From IMG/VR virus record IMGVR_UViG_3300027608_000010: DNA of 64,000 nt, one strand, 5' to 3'. This document shows, piece by piece, positions 46,043 to 55,294 of the stretch (its first letter is position 1; every line of letters starts with the position of its first letter). A program made the position numbers and the translations under genes. The notes beneath the pieces were generated by a model that was given only the letters and a program-made list of their open reading frames with translations, was not told the DNA's origin and searched no databases. This stretch comes from a virus (Duplodnaviria > Caudoviricetes).

Positions 46043-46071
46043 TTGACAATAAATGAATGTTCGTATATAAT
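46043..46071 (+). promoter_or_regulatory. sigma70-type early promoter
   Basis: Perfect TTGACA-17 nt-TATAAT. Confidence 0.85.
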
Positions 46072-46100
46072 ATTAAATATTCGACACTCAGGAGTAATTC

Positions 46101-47252
46101 ATGACAATACGCAAACCCAAAGCAACATCAGATCACTTTATCAAGGCACTGAATCCAAAAGATGCTGATCAAAAGTATATGGGTGATGAACCATTCTTCC
46201 CATTGCAACCTGACACTGACAGACGTAAAATTACACTAACTGTAAGTTTCACATGGTACAATCGGTTCTATGGTAAAAAGGATGCTAAAGAATTGCTATG
46301 TCAATATTTAGATAGTCATGACCGTACCGCTGAAGCGAAATATCTACGCAAAGTACATGAATCTGAATTCTTGATGACATTGTGCTGGCTCGCACGTATG
46401 AATTTGCGCGGTCTTGAACTGAACGAACATGAATCACTTACACTAGAAAATGAAATTTCCCGACTGTTGAAACTGGTTCACAAGCCTGAGGTCGTTACAA
46501 AAGAACCTAGCAATCGTCCTAACATTCAGGAATTGATGCGTGAGAAAGCCGGTGAGGCAGCAGGTGAACTTGAAGGACTACTTGACGAGTACATCACTAC
46601 AGGTAAGACTACACAAAAGACAGTTGATATTGTTGCTAAATTCAATGTCATGCCACAGCATATCCCTATCATTGTTGAGATTTGGAAACGCAAAGCTGAA
46701 GAATTTAATCAACTAGTTGAGGGTACAGATAAAGACCTGAACGAGGCTTATGCTTTCTTAGGTAAAGTACAAGTGCGTAATCTTGTCAAATTTGTAGATA
46801 ACGTTCTAGGTGACTTGAACAGCTATATCTCAATTAAGAAAGCAAGCAAAGCACCTCGCAAACGCAAAGCAGTCCCTGTTGAGAAGATTGTTGCTAAACT
46901 CAAGTACTTGAAAGAATTCAAGGATCCAGTCAACAAACTTGAACTGATTAGTGTGCATCCTACTAAGTTACACGGTGCAAGCGAGGCATGGGTCTATGAT
47001 ACTGCAAAACGTAAAGTGCATCATTACATTGCTGACGATTACAGTAAGACTTTTACAGTTAAGGGTAATACGATCCTAGGCTTTGATAGCAATACAAGTG
47101 AAGTCAAAACATTGCGTAAGCCGGGTGAGCAGATTAAAGAAATAATGGGTAGCAAGCCGGCTGCACGTAAATACTTTAAAGAGATTAAAGCAGTAGCAAC
47201 TGCGCCTAATGGTAGGTTCAATGAGAACATGCTAATACTGAAAGCGTTCTAA
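46101..47252 (+). CDS. Early hypothetical protein (basic C-terminal domain)
   Basis: 383 aa, AGGAG SD, early promoter. Confidence 0.75.
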   Translation: MTIRKPKATSDHFIKALNPKDADQKYMGDEPFFPLQPDTDRRKITLTVSFTWYNRFYGKKDAKELLCQYLDSHDRTAEAKYLRKVHESEFLMTLCWLARMNLRGLELNEHESLTLENEISRLLKLVHKPEVVTKEPSNRPNIQELMREKAGEAAGELEGLLDEYITTGKTTQKTVDIVAKFNVMPQHIPIIVEIWKRKAEEFNQLVEGTDKDLNEAYAFLGKVQVRNLVKFVDNVLGDLNSYISIKKASKAPRKRKAVPVEKIVAKLKYLKEFKDPVNKLELISVHPTKLHGASEAWVYDTAKRKVHHYIADDYSKTFTVKGNTILGFDSNTSEVKTLRKPGEQIKEIMGSKPAARKYFKEIKAVATAPNGRFNENMLILKAF

Positions 47253-47443
47253 TGGATAATAGTAAAATAAAAGACAGGATGACAGAACTAATGGCTCCGG
47301 TCGAACAGCAATTACTAATGTGTGATGACAAAGAAGACCAGCTTATGATGGCTTGTGCGATGTTACAACGAGTAAGTGAAGTCTTTGTTTACCATTTAGG
47401 TGAACAAGGAGCAAAACAAATGTTTAAGGATTTGATAAAATGA
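47252..47443 (+). CDS. Small hypothetical protein
   Basis: 63 aa, TAATG and ATGA overlaps. Confidence 0.6.
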   Translation: MDNSKIKDRMTELMAPVEQQLLMCDDKEDQLMMACAMLQRVSEVFVYHLGEQGAKQMFKDLIK

Positions 47444-47886
47444 ATGTAGATTTAAACAAATATAGTGATTTTGTGCAGGCTGTTACAAGCCAACCAAGTA
47501 GTGACTTGACAACTTTCATGGACACCCTTGACCGATTAGATGCAAACTATGAACTAGATGCCGATGCCGGTATAATGAAATATGGGCCTGACATCAACGT
47601 TCCGTTGTTACTGACCGCATGTCTAGGACTAGCCGCAGAGTCAGGCGAGTTTATTGAGATTCCTAAAAAGATTTTCTTTCAAGGTAAACCCCTAACTGAC
47701 GATAATGTCTTTCACATGAAACGTGAACTCGGAGACATCATGTGGTACTGGATTAACGCTTGCAGGGCACTTCGTCTAGATCCTAATGATGTGATTGCTG
47801 AGAACGTAGAGAAACTAAAAGCACGATATCCCGGTGGCGAGTTTAACGTGTTCAATAGTGAGAATCGTCAACACAACGATATCTAA
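47440..47886 (+). CDS. MazG-like nucleotide pyrophosphohydrolase
   Basis: GLAAESGEF..IPKK...KRELGDIMWY...ENVEKLKARY. Confidence 0.85.
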   Translation: MNVDLNKYSDFVQAVTSQPSSDLTTFMDTLDRLDANYELDADAGIMKYGPDINVPLLLTACLGLAAESGEFIEIPKKIFFQGKPLTDDNVFHMKRELGDIMWYWINACRALRLDPNDVIAENVEKLKARYPGGEFNVFNSENRQHNDI

Positions 47887-47891
47887 GTAGA

Positions 47892-48512
47892 TTATTTAGG
47901 TAATCTACCTTTTCTTTTTATCTCTTCCGGTGTGCGTTTACGAACTATAAATTCAATCGCACACTCACTTATACTATGATAGGTTTGATCTACTCTACCA
48001 ATATCATATATAAATGTACCATTTATTAATTCAACCTTAAGAACCTCAACCTCACTATTGTATTGATATAAGAATTCAAATACGTTAGTGCTGACCGGGC
48101 TCCAGCTTTCTTCTTTATTAATTGTCCAACTTGTTTTATGATCGGGGTTATGGTTACTAGGCCACACGCCCTGTTCATACAAATCCTCATCAGGAATAGT
48201 TACAATAATATGTCCGCCCGGCTTACAAATTCTAAGCCAATTATCAAATGCTTGGAACGGGTCCCTCATGTGTTCCAAACAATGACTGCTATGTACAAAA
48301 TCAAATGTATCATCAGCTACCCCTTCCATAAGTTGAGCATCACCGTCAGGCATATCCCACGCTTTTAAACCTGTCATTAGTGGAAATTGTTGAGTGTATC
48401 TTCCAATTTGGTCGTTACCCGCCCCAATATCAATTCCATAACCTCTAAAATATGTACTAGCAAACCTAGCATCTTGTAAACGGCGAATTAATGCCTTGCT
48501 TGACTCATTCAT
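47892..48512 (-). CDS. Class I SAM-dependent methyltransferase
   Basis: GIDIGAG, FDFVHSSHCLEH, CKPGGHIIV. Confidence 0.82.
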   Translation of the reverse strand: MNESSKALIRRLQDARFASTYFRGYGIDIGAGNDQIGRYTQQFPLMTGLKAWDMPDGDAQLMEGVADDTFDFVHSSHCLEHMRDPFQAFDNWLRICKPGGHIIVTIPDEDLYEQGVWPSNHNPDHKTSWTINKEESWSPVSTNVFEFLYQYNSEVEVLKVELINGTFIYDIGRVDQTYHSISECAIEFIVRKRTPEEIKRKGRLPK

Positions 48513-48598
48513 TGTATTCCTTAAGTAAAATTATATTTATTTTACACTCACTTATCTAAAATAAAAGTTGAGTTTAGTTCATTGTACTATGGTTTCCA

Positions 48599-48606
48599 GA
48601 TAAATA
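48599..48606 (+). promoter_or_regulatory. Late promoter GATAAATA
   Basis: Upstream of GGAG SD and ATG 48625. Confidence 0.6.
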
Positions 48607-48624
48607 TATTATCTGGAGAACACA

Positions 48625-49395
48625 ATGGCAATTCTGCAATCAACTAGTTTAGACGCATTAAAAGAAGATTTATTTAGAAACTTACGCTTACGTATGGGCG
48701 AAGGCATTGTTGACGTTGAATTAGATCCTGAACATTATGAAGCCGCTTATAAGTATGCGGTTCAAGTATATCGTCAACGAGCACAAAATGCAACAGAAGA
48801 AGCATATACTTTATTGACATTACAAGAGCATCAGGAAATTTATACTCTTCCCAAAGAATTTATTAATGTAAGACAAGTATTCCGTCGTACTGTTGGAATG
48901 GAGACAGGCCCAGGATCAACTAGTTTTGATCCATTTAGTAGTGCTATTCTTAACACGTATTTACTGAACTATAGTTCGGCAGGTGGGTTAGCAACATATG
49001 ATTTCTATGCAGGATATGTTGAATTGGTTGCACGTATGTTTGGTGGATATGTAATCTACACCTTCAACAATGTTACAAAAGAAATTCGCTTAGTGAGAAA
49101 TATCAAAGGTAACGGTGAACAGATACTAATTTGGGCTGATATTCAAAAGCCTGAATCAACATTACTTCAAGATCCGGGAAGTGGTGTTTGGATTGGTGAC
49201 TGGACCTTTGCTCAATGTATGAGTATCTTGGGTGAAGCCCGTGAAAAGTTTGCAAGCATTGCTGGCCCGGGTGGCGGCACTACCCTTAACGGATCCGCAT
49301 TGAAATCCGAAGCTAAAGAAATGCAAGCCACATTATTAGAAGATTTAAAGCGTTATGTGGATTATAGTCAGCCACTAACTTGGGTACAAGGTTAA
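48625..49395 (+). CDS. Neck protein (T4 gp13-like)
   Basis: LRLRMGEGIVDVELDPEHY..AYKYAVQVY; GGTTLNG..LKSEA...LEDL C-terminus. Confidence 0.82.
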   Translation: MAILQSTSLDALKEDLFRNLRLRMGEGIVDVELDPEHYEAAYKYAVQVYRQRAQNATEEAYTLLTLQEHQEIYTLPKEFINVRQVFRRTVGMETGPGSTSFDPFSSAILNTYLLNYSSAGGLATYDFYAGYVELVARMFGGYVIYTFNNVTKEIRLVRNIKGNGEQILIWADIQKPESTLLQDPGSGVWIGDWTFAQCMSILGEAREKFASIAGPGGGTTLNGSALKSEAKEMQATLLEDLKRYVDYSQPLTWVQG

Positions 49396-49404
49396 TAACA
49401 TTAT

Positions 49405-49866
49405 ATGAGAGCAACTGAGTTTATTACGGAACTATTTCGCCCCGGTAATCAAAACTGGAAGTGGAATCGACAATCCCAGGAAGAGGCAGTTGCAAATTTT
49501 ACTGTGGGCGAAAGAAAGTATGTATGGTCAGCCTACAGTCATCACCAAGATGATAAGCCAGAAACATGGGAAATACAATTTCGTTTAATTAGAGAGGCGT
49601 TAGACCCTGAAAAATTATCACTATATGGCACAACAGGTACAGGCAACTCAGCAGAAGTAATGTCAATTGTAGTAGATATAATGCGTGAATTCTTAGAAGA
49701 CTACAGTGATAATGTACAAAAAATTATATTTGATGCAAAAGAAAACAGTCGCATAGGACTATACACAAGAATGGTTAAGCGTTTAATACCCAATTGGGAT
49801 TTAGAACAAGACTATAATCCAGAAATGGGATTAAGATTCATATTGTCTAGACCAAAACAAATGTAA
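49405..49866 (+). CDS. Putative packaged internal protein
   Basis: MRATEFITE, the closest match to the T4 CTS in this window. Confidence 0.6.
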   Translation: MRATEFITELFRPGNQNWKWNRQSQEEAVANFTVGERKYVWSAYSHHQDDKPETWEIQFRLIREALDPEKLSLYGTTGTGNSAEVMSIVVDIMREFLEDYSDNVQKIIFDAKENSRIGLYTRMVKRLIPNWDLEQDYNPEMGLRFILSRPKQM

Positions 49867-49923
49867 CCTAAATGCTAGCACATGTCATCTCTTAGTAATA
49901 TAATTACAAGTACAGGAGAACGT

Positions 49924-50571
49924 ATGATTATAGGAGTAACAGGTCTAATTGGCAGCGGCAAGGATACTATAGCTGACTATTTAGTAACAAATCACAAATT
50001 TAAACGGATAAGTTTTGCATCCAGTCTTAAAGATGCTGTAGCAAGTGTCTTTGGTTGGGAACGAGAAATGTTAGAAGGTACAACTAAATCTAGCCGCAAA
50101 TGGCGTGAACAAGTTGATCCTTGGTGGAGTCAACGATTAAACATCCCTGAACTAACACCACGCTGGGTTCTACAACAATGGGGTACTGAAGTTTGTCGTG
50201 CTAACTTCCATGACGATATATGGGTAGCAAGTGTAGAGAACAAACTACGACAAACAAAAGATGATATCGTCATTACTGATTGTAGATTCCGTAATGAAGT
50301 TGATGCTATCAAAAATGCAAATGGTATTACTTTAAGATCAAATCGAGGTCCTGAACCCGAATGGTACGATGCGGCAAAAGCATATAATAAGGGACCTGAC
50401 GGGAATAGTCTTTGGGCTTTGAGCAAAGCTAAGTTAGACAAAGCTAAGATTCATGCCAGTGAATACTCTAGTGTGGGATTAGAATACGACCATTATATTG
50501 ACAATAACGGATCTATTGATGATTTACATGCTACACTTAGTCAACTTCTAAATCGCCCCGACGCCAGTTAA
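49924..50571 (+). CDS. Deoxynucleoside monophosphate kinase (T4 gp1-like)
   Basis: GVTGLIGSGKDT, SFASSLK, TPRWVLQQWGTE, VITDCRFRNE; start moved to ATG 49924 (AGGAG). Confidence 0.88.
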   Translation: MIIGVTGLIGSGKDTIADYLVTNHKFKRISFASSLKDAVASVFGWEREMLEGTTKSSRKWREQVDPWWSQRLNIPELTPRWVLQQWGTEVCRANFHDDIWVASVENKLRQTKDDIVITDCRFRNEVDAIKNANGITLRSNRGPEPEWYDAAKAYNKGPDGNSLWALSKAKLDKAKIHASEYSSVGLEYDHYIDNNGSIDDLHATLSQLLNRPDAS

Positions 50572-50878
50572 CTTCTTTTCTTTTTACCACTTCAACACAG
50601 TTTAAACAGATTGTACGTAGGTTAGTAAACTCAGTGTGTTCTAGTTTACCATCTATATGAAACACAGTAGTCTGACTAGGATATGAACTCTTAAAGCCAC
50701 ATAAATCACATGTGGCTTTTTTCTTGTACCCTGACTTTTTCCAACTAGGTTCTCTTGGTTTAAGTTTATTTTTCTTACGACCACATTCATCACACATACT
50801 ACGATAGTGTGTTATGCCATCACGTTTATAATTTACAGCAGTATTATTCTTACCGCATGTGTTGCATATTGGTCTCAT
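50537..50878 (-). CDS. HNH-like zinc-binding endonuclease
   Basis: CxxC pairs; HIDG....NLRTICLNC. Confidence 0.7.
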   Translation of the reverse strand: MRPICNTCGKNNTAVNYKRDGITHYRSMCDECGRKKNKLKPREPSWKKSGYKKKATCDLCGFKSSYPSQTTVFHIDGKLEHTEFTNLRTICLNCVEVVKRKEVNWRRGDLEVD

Positions 50879-50882
50879 ACTA

Positions 50883-50890
50883 TATTTATC
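50883..50890 (-). promoter_or_regulatory. Late promoter GATAAATA, leaderless arrangement
   Basis: Minus strand GATAAATA-TAGT-ATG. Confidence 0.6.
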
Positions 50891-50996
50891 ATTGTAACCT
50901 TCGAAGGTACGCTAATTGGCATTTTTTTACCATTTACACTAAATATTAGTACGTTAGGGCGTTAACCCTCATAATCATAACATAAAGGAAAATAAC

Positions 50997-53900
50997 ATGG
51001 CACTAGTATCACCAGGCGTAGAAGTAAATATCATCGACCAAAGTCAATATTTACCAGCAGCCACAAATTCAGTTCCGTTGCTAATTGTTGCATCAGCACA
51101 AAATAAAGCAAACGCCGCAGGCACAGCAGTAGCTGTAGGAACAACAAAAGCAAATGCAGGTAAATTATATCAAGTAACAAGTCAACGTGACTTAACTACT
51201 TTGTTTGGTAATCCATTCTTCTATAAGACAACAAATGGTACACCGATTCATGGATATGAATTAAACGAATATGGTTTATTAGCAGCCTATTCATTATTGG
51301 GCACAACAAATCGTTGCTATATTTTAAGAGCAGATATCGATTTATCAGAATTTGTAGGATCAGTTTCTAGACCATCAGGTGAAGCGGTAGATGGTACATA
51401 TTGGTTAGATACAACTAATAGTACATGGGGCATTTATGAATTTAATGCTACGTCTGGTAAGTTTGTTAATCAAATTCCATATGTTCTTACAAGTACCGAT
51501 CAATTAACTGATGCACGACATCCATTAGATACCATTGGTAACGTGGGAGAATATGCAATTGTTGCAATGCATCACGCTGGTGAGCCTGCCGGGGATAGTA
51601 CCTATTTCTATAAAATGATGGATAATACATGGATGACATTAAATAGTGATTCATTGGCTTCAAGTAATCCATCAGTAAGTTCTACTATCTCTAATCCAAC
51701 ATTAACTACTGGATATAGTTTTGATATAACATTAACCTGTGAGGCAAGCGGAATGGCATCAACAACCAATATTATTGTAGCCGCCGGTGATGATGTGAAC
51801 GATATTGCAACTTATCTTAATAATTTAAACGACATTCAATTTAACGCTGACGTAATTGATAATAAATTGAATATCTATGTAGTTGATGGAAATATTGTCA
51901 CATTAGCTAATCATTCCACTGACGGTTCCTTGCTTACTCAATTGGGAATTACTGCAGGTTCTTATTATGGTGTTACATGTCATTATGGTACCAGTGCTCA
52001 AATGCCATTATGGACTTCAAGTCAGGCAAAACCCCGTGCTACTGGATCTGTTTGGATTAAAACAAGCAGCGCCGGGAATGGATTATCACTATCACTCTCA
52101 AAATATAGCGTAGCAACTGCTAGTTGGACTTCACAATTTGTTTCAGCATATGGTAGCGAAATTAACGCAACCGCTGCATTAGATAGTACTGGTGGAAAGG
52201 CTATTCCCCAAAATACAATTTTTGCAAGATATGCTAGTCCTGGTGCTGGCGGTAGTCAAAGTACTGCACCAGTAAAATTATTTAATAGACTGGCTACGGG
52301 GCCTACAGTTACTACTACAACAATAGCTAACCCTACAATTACTACAGGCAATAGTTTTACTGTATATGTGAGTATTCCTGGTGAAAGATTGTCTAGTATA
52401 GATTTACCCGCAACCAAAATAATATTCGAGAATACAGGAACAACCGCGGCTTCATTTGTTACAGATTGGCAAAATGCTCAAATTCCCTATACAACTGCTA
52501 CATTAACAACTGATGGAACTATTCAAATTACTCATACATTAGGTGGTGAAATTTTTATATCAGATATTGACCCTATAACACTCCAACGCTCAGATGTATT
52601 GTATGCTGATTTAGGATTTGATGGGGTAGGTATTAAATATGGACCGATACATACATTTACTGTATCTGTTACACCTGAAGCAGTAACAACATCCGGCACA
52701 GGTGGATCAATTTCCGTGTCTGTGGATAGTGCAGGAAAATATATAATAAACACTGTTAGTGGTGGTTCCGGTTACGCAGTGGGTGATGTTTTAAAAGTCA
52801 GTGGTGGTTATCTTAGTGGTTCTAACGGTGTTAATGATTTGAAATTAAATGTCACTAAAGTTAATGCAGGATCTTTGGAATCAGTTAGAATATCAACAAC
52901 AACTCAATTTGCAGATAGAAAGTATTATACCCAAATTTCAAATTGGGAAGAAATTGAGTATACTGCAAATGAAGGTGCTCCTGTAGAATTACCTGCAAAC
53001 GGTAGATATTGGTACTTTAGCACACCAAGTCAAGTTGATATCATGGTCAACCAAGGTGGAGTATGGAAGGGATATAGAAATGTAAACTTTGATAGTTCTG
53101 GTCATCCAGCTAACTCAGGAACAAATAATACTGATTCTACGGGCCCTATTGTTAGTGCATCAGCACCAATAACGCAAAGTGATGGAACTGTATTGGTTTA
53201 TGGTGATCTATGGCTTGATTCTGCTGATTTAGAAAACTATCCAATGTTATATCGTTGGGAAGCAGTTAGTAGTGTAGATCAATGGGTTTTGATTGATAAA
53301 AATGACCAAACTAGTAGTAATGGTATTTTGTTTGCTGATGCAAGATGGAGTCATTCGGGTGCTGTGAATCCAGTAGATGATCCTATTCCATCTATAACTA
53401 CTTTATTAACTAGTAATCACTTAGATTTAGATGCACCAAATCCAGCTTTATCTCCACAGGGTATGTTATTATTCAATACACGCCGTTCAGGATACAATAT
53501 TAAAGAATTCAAGACTAATTATTTTACAAACAAAAATTATCCTAATGCCGGTAACTATAATTCAGGCGCACCGACAAACAATGCTAATTTACCTCAAGTA
53601 AGTTATGCTTGGGTTAGTGCTAGCGGATTGAAGTCAGATGGTTCGGCTTACTTAGGTCGTCACGCACAGCGTCATATGATTGTGTCAGCGATGAAATCGG
53701 TAATTGATACAAATCAAACTATACGTGAAGAAGATAATTTCTTTAACTTGATAGCAGCTCCTGGTTATCCAGAACTACAACCTAATATGGTAACGTTAAA
53801 CAATGACCGCAATAATACTGCTTACATTGTAGGTGATACTCCATTAAGATTACCAGATCAAGCTACTAATATTACAAATTGGGCGACTAATGAAGCATTA

Positions 53901-54596
53901 GCAACCGAGTCAGGTGAAGATGGTTGGGTTACCCGTGATACGTATTTAGGTGTGTTCTACCCAAGCGGTATTACATCAGATACAACAGGTACAGCCGCAG
54001 TTGTTCCTGCAAGTCATATGATGTTACGCACGTTACTAAGAAACGATACATTGGGTTATCCTTGGTTAGCTCCAGCAGGTACACGCCGTGGTACAATTGA
54101 CAACGCTACAAATATTGGATACTTAGATGCTACTACTGGTGAATTCCAAGTAGTTAAGAATCGTATGAGTATTCGTGATGTGTTATATTTGAATCAAATC
54201 AATCCATTAGCATTCTTTACTGGTGTTGGTCTATTGAATTATGGTAATAAGAACTCATTTGATTCACAATCAGCATTGGATCGCATCAATGTATCACGTT
54301 TAGTTTGTTATATTCGTGAAAGACTGCAAGTTGCGGCTCGTCCATTCGTATTCGAACCAAACGATGCTCTTACACGTAATCAACTTACCGGTGTTGTTCA
54401 GTCATTGTTTATTGACTTAGTTGGAAAGCGCGGATTGTATGACTATCTAGTTGTATGTGATGCAAGTAATAATACTCCATCTAGAATTGATAGAAATGAA
54501 TTGTGGATTGATATTGCAATTGAGCCAGTTAAGGCAGCAGAATTCATTTACATACCGGTTCGTGTTATGAACACCGGGGCTATTGGAGCTCAATAA
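50997..54596 (+). CDS. Contractile tail sheath protein (gp18-like), 1199 aa
   Basis: MALVSPGVEV, LFGNP, PWLAPAGTRRG, ALDRINVSRL, FVFEPND, IEPVKAAEFIYI. Confidence 0.93.
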   Translation: MALVSPGVEVNIIDQSQYLPAATNSVPLLIVASAQNKANAAGTAVAVGTTKANAGKLYQVTSQRDLTTLFGNPFFYKTTNGTPIHGYELNEYGLLAAYSLLGTTNRCYILRADIDLSEFVGSVSRPSGEAVDGTYWLDTTNSTWGIYEFNATSGKFVNQIPYVLTSTDQLTDARHPLDTIGNVGEYAIVAMHHAGEPAGDSTYFYKMMDNTWMTLNSDSLASSNPSVSSTISNPTLTTGYSFDITLTCEASGMASTTNIIVAAGDDVNDIATYLNNLNDIQFNADVIDNKLNIYVVDGNIVTLANHSTDGSLLTQLGITAGSYYGVTCHYGTSAQMPLWTSSQAKPRATGSVWIKTSSAGNGLSLSLSKYSVATASWTSQFVSAYGSEINATAALDSTGGKAIPQNTIFARYASPGAGGSQSTAPVKLFNRLATGPTVTTTTIANPTITTGNSFTVYVSIPGERLSSIDLPATKIIFENTGTTAASFVTDWQNAQIPYTTATLTTDGTIQITHTLGGEIFISDIDPITLQRSDVLYADLGFDGVGIKYGPIHTFTVSVTPEAVTTSGTGGSISVSVDSAGKYIINTVSGGSGYAVGDVLKVSGGYLSGSNGVNDLKLNVTKVNAGSLESVRISTTTQFADRKYYTQISNWEEIEYTANEGAPVELPANGRYWYFSTPSQVDIMVNQGGVWKGYRNVNFDSSGHPANSGTNNTDSTGPIVSASAPITQSDGTVLVYGDLWLDSADLENYPMLYRWEAVSSVDQWVLIDKNDQTSSNGILFADARWSHSGAVNPVDDPIPSITTLLTSNHLDLDAPNPALSPQGMLLFNTRRSGYNIKEFKTNYFTNKNYPNAGNYNSGAPTNNANLPQVSYAWVSASGLKSDGSAYLGRHAQRHMIVSAMKSVIDTNQTIREEDNFFNLIAAPGYPELQPNMVTLNNDRNNTAYIVGDTPLRLPDQATNITNWATNEALATESGEDGWVTRDTYLGVFYPSGITSDTTGTAAVVPASHMMLRTLLRNDTLGYPWLAPAGTRRGTIDNATNIGYLDATTGEFQVVKNRMSIRDVLYLNQINPLAFFTGVGLLNYGNKNSFDSQSALDRINVSRLVCYIRERLQVAARPFVFEPNDALTRNQLTGVVQSLFIDLVGKRGLYDYLVVCDASNNTPSRIDRNELWIDIAIEPVKAAEFIYIPVRVMNTGAIGAQ

Positions 54597-54600
54597 ATAC

Positions 54601-54618
54601 ACTCCCCTCAGGGGGAGT
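54601..54618 (+). terminator. Hairpin between sheath and tube genes
   Basis: ACTCCCC/GGGGAGT. Confidence 0.5.
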
Positions 54619-54625
54619 TATTTAA

Positions 54626-54633
54626 GATAAATA
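54626..54633 (+). promoter_or_regulatory. Late promoter GATAAATA
   Basis: Upstream of AGGAG SD and tube ATG. Confidence 0.65.
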
Positions 54634-54652
54634 ATATATAGGAGATAGTAAT

Positions 54653-55282
54653 ATGGCAACAGCCTCAAATTCATTGTTCAACATGACTGTCGGATCAGAC
54701 AACACACCTAGTTCTCAGGGTTTGTTAATGCCTAAACTACAGTTTAGATTCAGAGCATTATTTTTAAACTTTGGTACAGGTGGTGCAACTCAAGAGTTAA
54801 CCAAACAAGTTATGGATATACAACGTCCCAACGTTTCTTTTGAAGAAACAGTAATCGACATTTACAACAGTAAAGTATATCTAGCCGGCAAACATTCTTG
54901 GCAAGAAACGCAAATTAATTTGCGTGATGATGCTGCCGGTAATGTTTCAAAATTAGTTGGTCAGCAACTACAGAAACAATTTGACTTTGTTGAGCAAGCA
55001 AGTGCGGCTTCAGGCCAGGACTACAAGTTCCAGATTAACTATGAAATTCTAGACGGTGGTAATGGTACATTGGTTCCTAATGTACTAGAAACCTGGGAAT
55101 TGTATGGATGTTTTATTAAATCAGCAAACTACAATAACATGGATTATAAATCAAATGATCCAGTATCTATTCAGTTATCTATCCGTTTTGATAATGCAAT
55201 TCAATCTCCATTAAGTTCTGGCGTTGGTACTAATGTTGGTCGTGCATTTGGTGGAACATCGGTCACTGGTTTAGGCAGTTAA
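54653..55282 (+). CDS. Tail tube protein (gp19-like)
   Basis: PKLQFRFR, VYLAGKHSW, ETWELYGCF, IRFDNA; follows the sheath gene. Confidence 0.88.
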   Translation: MATASNSLFNMTVGSDNTPSSQGLLMPKLQFRFRALFLNFGTGGATQELTKQVMDIQRPNVSFEETVIDIYNSKVYLAGKHSWQETQINLRDDAAGNVSKLVGQQLQKQFDFVEQASAASGQDYKFQINYEILDGGNGTLVPNVLETWELYGCFIKSANYNNMDYKSNDPVSIQLSIRFDNAIQSPLSSGVGTNVGRAFGGTSVTGLGS

Positions 55283-55294
55283 CTTAGGTAAACA

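Noticed and set aside
47440-50571. Z-genome (2-aminoadenine) pathway suggested by MazG-like enzyme plus kinase
   Set aside because: No PurZ/PurA-like gene or HD dATPase recognised in the window.
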